Shown piece after piece: positions 61,764 to 64,000 of a stretch of 64,000 nucleotides of DNA. The DNA is from Takakia lepidozioides (Eukaryota > Plantae > Bryophyta): contig CM060732.1 in assembly GCA_030704615.1 (NCBI GenBank), forward strand, positions 41,106,001 through 41,170,000, read 5' to 3'. The number at the start of each line of letters is the position of its first letter. Positions within the stretch are counted from its first letter, which is position 1. The notes beneath the pieces were generated by a model that searched no databases, was not told the origin of the DNA, and saw only the letters and a list, made by a program, of their open reading frames with translations. The position numbers were made by a program, and so were the translations under genes.

Positions 61764-62077
61764 TTTCAGAGAGTCATGGATAGGATTCTAGCTTCCACTT
61801 GTCCACAACCAACTTTAATTGAAAGCTTGGTGTGTGCAGGAAGCTGTTAGTGAGCTACAACAAAATTCAACAAGAAGACTGCGGACCCAAAGTTACAAGT
61901 GTCAACATCAAATAAGTATATTTGGCCGCGGCCGAGATCCCAGTGTCATACTCTTAACCCCCAAAGAAGTGTCTCTTACTCCATGTAAATGTTGTGTGTG
62001 AACCAAGTGACCACAATAGCAAACCGACTAACTCAATGTAAGTAACTTCTGAAAATTATTCATCAAACCAACTCCAA

Positions 62078-63781
62078 CTATTTCTTCAGTTTGTCCTTGC
62101 CACTCGGAAACTTGACATTGGGATGCATGCACTTGTTCTCACCAGTCCAATGACGTTTGCGTTCGTTGACGAACCAATTGTTGATCTGTATCGCATCCAA
62201 GTCGCACATTTCTTGGAGGCGTATCTTCTCAATGTCCTACACGCACACAATGTTTGTATGTTTCAGATCCCAAAGAATTTAATTCACATGTACAAACATT
62301 TTTAGGAGAACTATTCGTACATTTCAATAGAAGACAATTGCTACCTGTCACTGAGGCTGCAAATACATATGTCAATGATGGTAAGTGAAAAGAGAACAAA
62401 ATTTATGCTTAAAAAAGACACGTACTCACCGTAGGGTAGGGCCATGACTGATGCTTTTCAAACCAATCTTTCAAAATCTGACGAGCATGTGGGGGGAACC
62501 TCCCTTTCTTGCGCACACGGTGAAACTCATCTCTTAGACCTGCAATATAAGGCCGATATTTTTGATGAAGGAGTCTCTTCAGCTCAGGGTCCGGGGCCAT
62601 GGGGTCGATGATTATGCTATGGTCAATCAACGTGGGATCAATAACCCCAAGGTCGATCTCATCATCCTCCCCTGCAATGTCAAACCCAAAGTTCTCATGA
62701 TCTTCGTACTCTGGCACCGCTGCACAAAATTTCAAGTTATTGTCAAATCACTCTAACTCTAAGACTTTACCCCTGAGATCATCTTCATGGTTTCATATCG
62801 CTAGATAGTTAGATACATGTATAGTATGATACACCACTTTCATACCTATCAAGTATAATCCACTGTTTTATATATATATATTTATTTGGATACGTACAGG
62901 CCCAGCCCCCCAAAACCCGCCCCCCCCCCCATTAATTAAACCACAATAGAGTCAACGTCGTGTCTTGCACTGGAGACACATTATACACAATTCTAGATAC
63001 GTTCCGTATATGGTACTCTCCGTTGGCGGCGGAGTTCAATCACAGGACTCTTTCCTCAGACTCACGTCCCTAGTTCTCTTGTAATCTTGGTCAACAACTT
63101 GCTTTCTGTACTGGGTTGTTTGAGAAGTGGAGGTCGCTTCAAAGGACATTGGCTCTGTCAGATCTTGAGCTTTTGGTTTTCACTTTCAGATTTGGTACGT
63201 GACCAGTGCACTTTTAGGTTTGGTCATGCCCTGGTCATGCACGAGTCTATAGAAAACAAGACTGATTAGACACGGGGAGTCTTATTTTTGGCACGAGCAG
63301 ACACTGTGATTCACGAGCCTAGAAAAAAGAAGAGAAATACTGAGAGTCTTATTTGTTCACACTAAGGGAGGACTCTAGATAAACCAGATAAATATTGAGA
63401 TCTCTGTCTAATTTTTGGCACACTGAAAACAAATATTGTGAACGAAGCAGACACATGCGACAGATGCGACAGAGCCAAATTACTGGAGCTGCACAATATA
63501 GCTCAGGCTACCCCAGCATTCATAAAGACTTCAGTCCTCACCGGTTACCATAGATACTTTTAAGCTATCAGATATTGACTTGCTGTTCATGACCGCAGAC
63601 ATTGATTTTTCTTTTTCACAGCACATCTGTATCTAGAGAATATTGATAAGTACTCACTATTGACATGGTGGCCACATATATCCTCAAGTTCCTTGGTAGC
63701 GTGGGCATGATACTCCATGAATCCTTTGAAAGGGTCCTCTATATCATCCCGGAGTCTGGTGAGCAGATCCACATACGTTTT
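62078..63781 (-). CDS. KNOX1: class 1 KNOX (TALE homeodomain) gene, 3' three exons; 5' exons lie beyond the window
   Basis: Exons 63781-63658 (KNOX2: [16 protein letters not shown]), 62719-62430 (ELK + HD: [12 protein letters not shown]...[22 protein letters not shown]), 62236-62078 (EKIRLQ...[14 protein letters not shown]); in phase, with the conserved intron after WPYP. Confidence 0.92.
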
Positions 63782-64000
63782 CTGGGGAGCCATCAAACAA
63801 CAGATCACATTTTGAGTACTAGACTTCAGCAACTCAGCAACTCTCTTAAGTGTCTGACAAAATCTTACTACCAGAAATCAGCACAGTCCCAGTACCTCCC
63901 AATGCGAAACCTCTGCAACATCAAGCTGTTTGAGGCCATGTGCAAGCTGTGCTAGACTTCAACAAGCTTCCATAAAAACACACATGTGACATATGTGAGA

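Overview
Eukaryotic plant nuclear DNA, most likely a moss: spliceosomal introns, PLS-type PPR motifs, and a class-1 KNOX with a moss-like WFxNERKRHW helix 3. Two host genes are complete: a 15-exon eIF2B-epsilon (944-11660, +) and a MYB-CC/PHL-type GARP factor (18975-15710, -). The 3' half of a class-1 KNOX gene lies at the right edge (-), followed by two decayed tandem copies and an 862-bp inverted repeat. From about 20.8 to 56 kb the window is TE-rich. It holds TIR/TSD-defined hAT (24350-27033), CACTA (36885-43499) and PIF/Harbinger (49149-51736) elements, a piggyBac-like MITE, Helitron-like ends, an LTR remnant, LINE fragments and several SINE families. Most notable: (1) a ~13-kb mosaic of closely related dead PPR P-L-S triplets, partly carried and tandemly amplified inside the CACTA element, interleaved with single captured exons of ALWAYS EARLY, RBM22/MAC5 and an OSB PDF motif; (2) a covarying structured RNA motif (3-way junction, loop-E, UNCG hairpin) shared by two otherwise dissimilar retroposon 3' ends; (3) TTAA/CCC-ended piggyBac-like elements in a land plant; (4) KNOX1 birth-and-death with a foldback around one pseudocopy. 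All calls were made by eye; no database searches were run.
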